NCBI GenBank assembly: GCA_003427395.1
Contig: BFEA01000013.1
Span: 1,634,755 to 1,698,754 of the forward strand
From: Chara braunii
Taxonomy: Eukaryota; Plantae; Charophyceae
DNA: 64,000 nucleotides
Direction: 5' to 3'
Made by a program: the position numbers and the translations under genes. The number at the start of each line of letters is the position of its first letter. Position 1 is the first letter of the stretch. Under the pieces are notes generated by a model. The model had not been told where the DNA came from and searched no databases. It saw only the letters and a list, made by a program, of their open reading frames with translations. Below, piece by piece: positions 63,557 through 64,000 of the stretch.

Positions 63557-63652
63557 ACATACACGTAACAAAGATGCCGCCATAGTCATCTCCTATTAAA
63601 AAAACAAAGAAAAAACGGTGCGCCACGTGGCCAGCCGCGCGCGCACACGTGG

Positions 63653-63730
<78 letters not shown>

Positions 63731-63767
63731 AACGCACTCACACACACACACACACACAACATACACT

Positions 63768-63798
<31 letters not shown>

Positions 63799-63921
63799 AC
63801 ACACACACACATAGACGCGGATCGGTTTTGCTGATCCCGTCAATACACGAAGCGTGTGGCCAGCTGAGGGGTTGGAGACCTACCCGTTCGCCAGTGTGTC
63901 GATGGAAAACTCTCTCGCTCC

Positions 63922-63974
<53 letters not shown>

Positions 63975-64000
63975 GTCGGCGGCCACATCCCCCTACCCCC

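Overview
Repeat-dominated eukaryotic nuclear sequence from a draft assembly, with several N gaps and one embedded Nextera junction adapter. The green-lineage plastid insert and repeat style suggest a streptophyte alga such as Chara (inference). No intact host gene is evident. Mobile DNA: nested Ty3/Gypsy chromovirus-type LTR retrotransposons (one structurally complete at 13235-22314, one minus-strand at 1357-8820, plus solo and truncated LTRs), a degenerate Helitron Rep-helicase (56510-60750) with two ~2.8-kb duplicated blocks downstream, and several MITE families. Captured fragments: plastid ycf3 exon 3, U2 and U6 snRNA pieces, and a tRNA-like SINE head. Two highlights. (1) Two related dispersed repeat families carry a type III hammerhead ribozyme, with one perfect copy at 25007-25066. 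They are arranged as truncated, head-to-head inverted copies with (TA)-rich ends, resembling Penelope-like or retrozyme elements. (2) Between these ribozyme repeats lies an intronless reading frame (22616-24037) encoding a Josephin/ataxin-3-like deubiquitinase domain with its Cys-His-Asn triad. It continues in frame, across a single TAG, into two RING-like zinc fingers.
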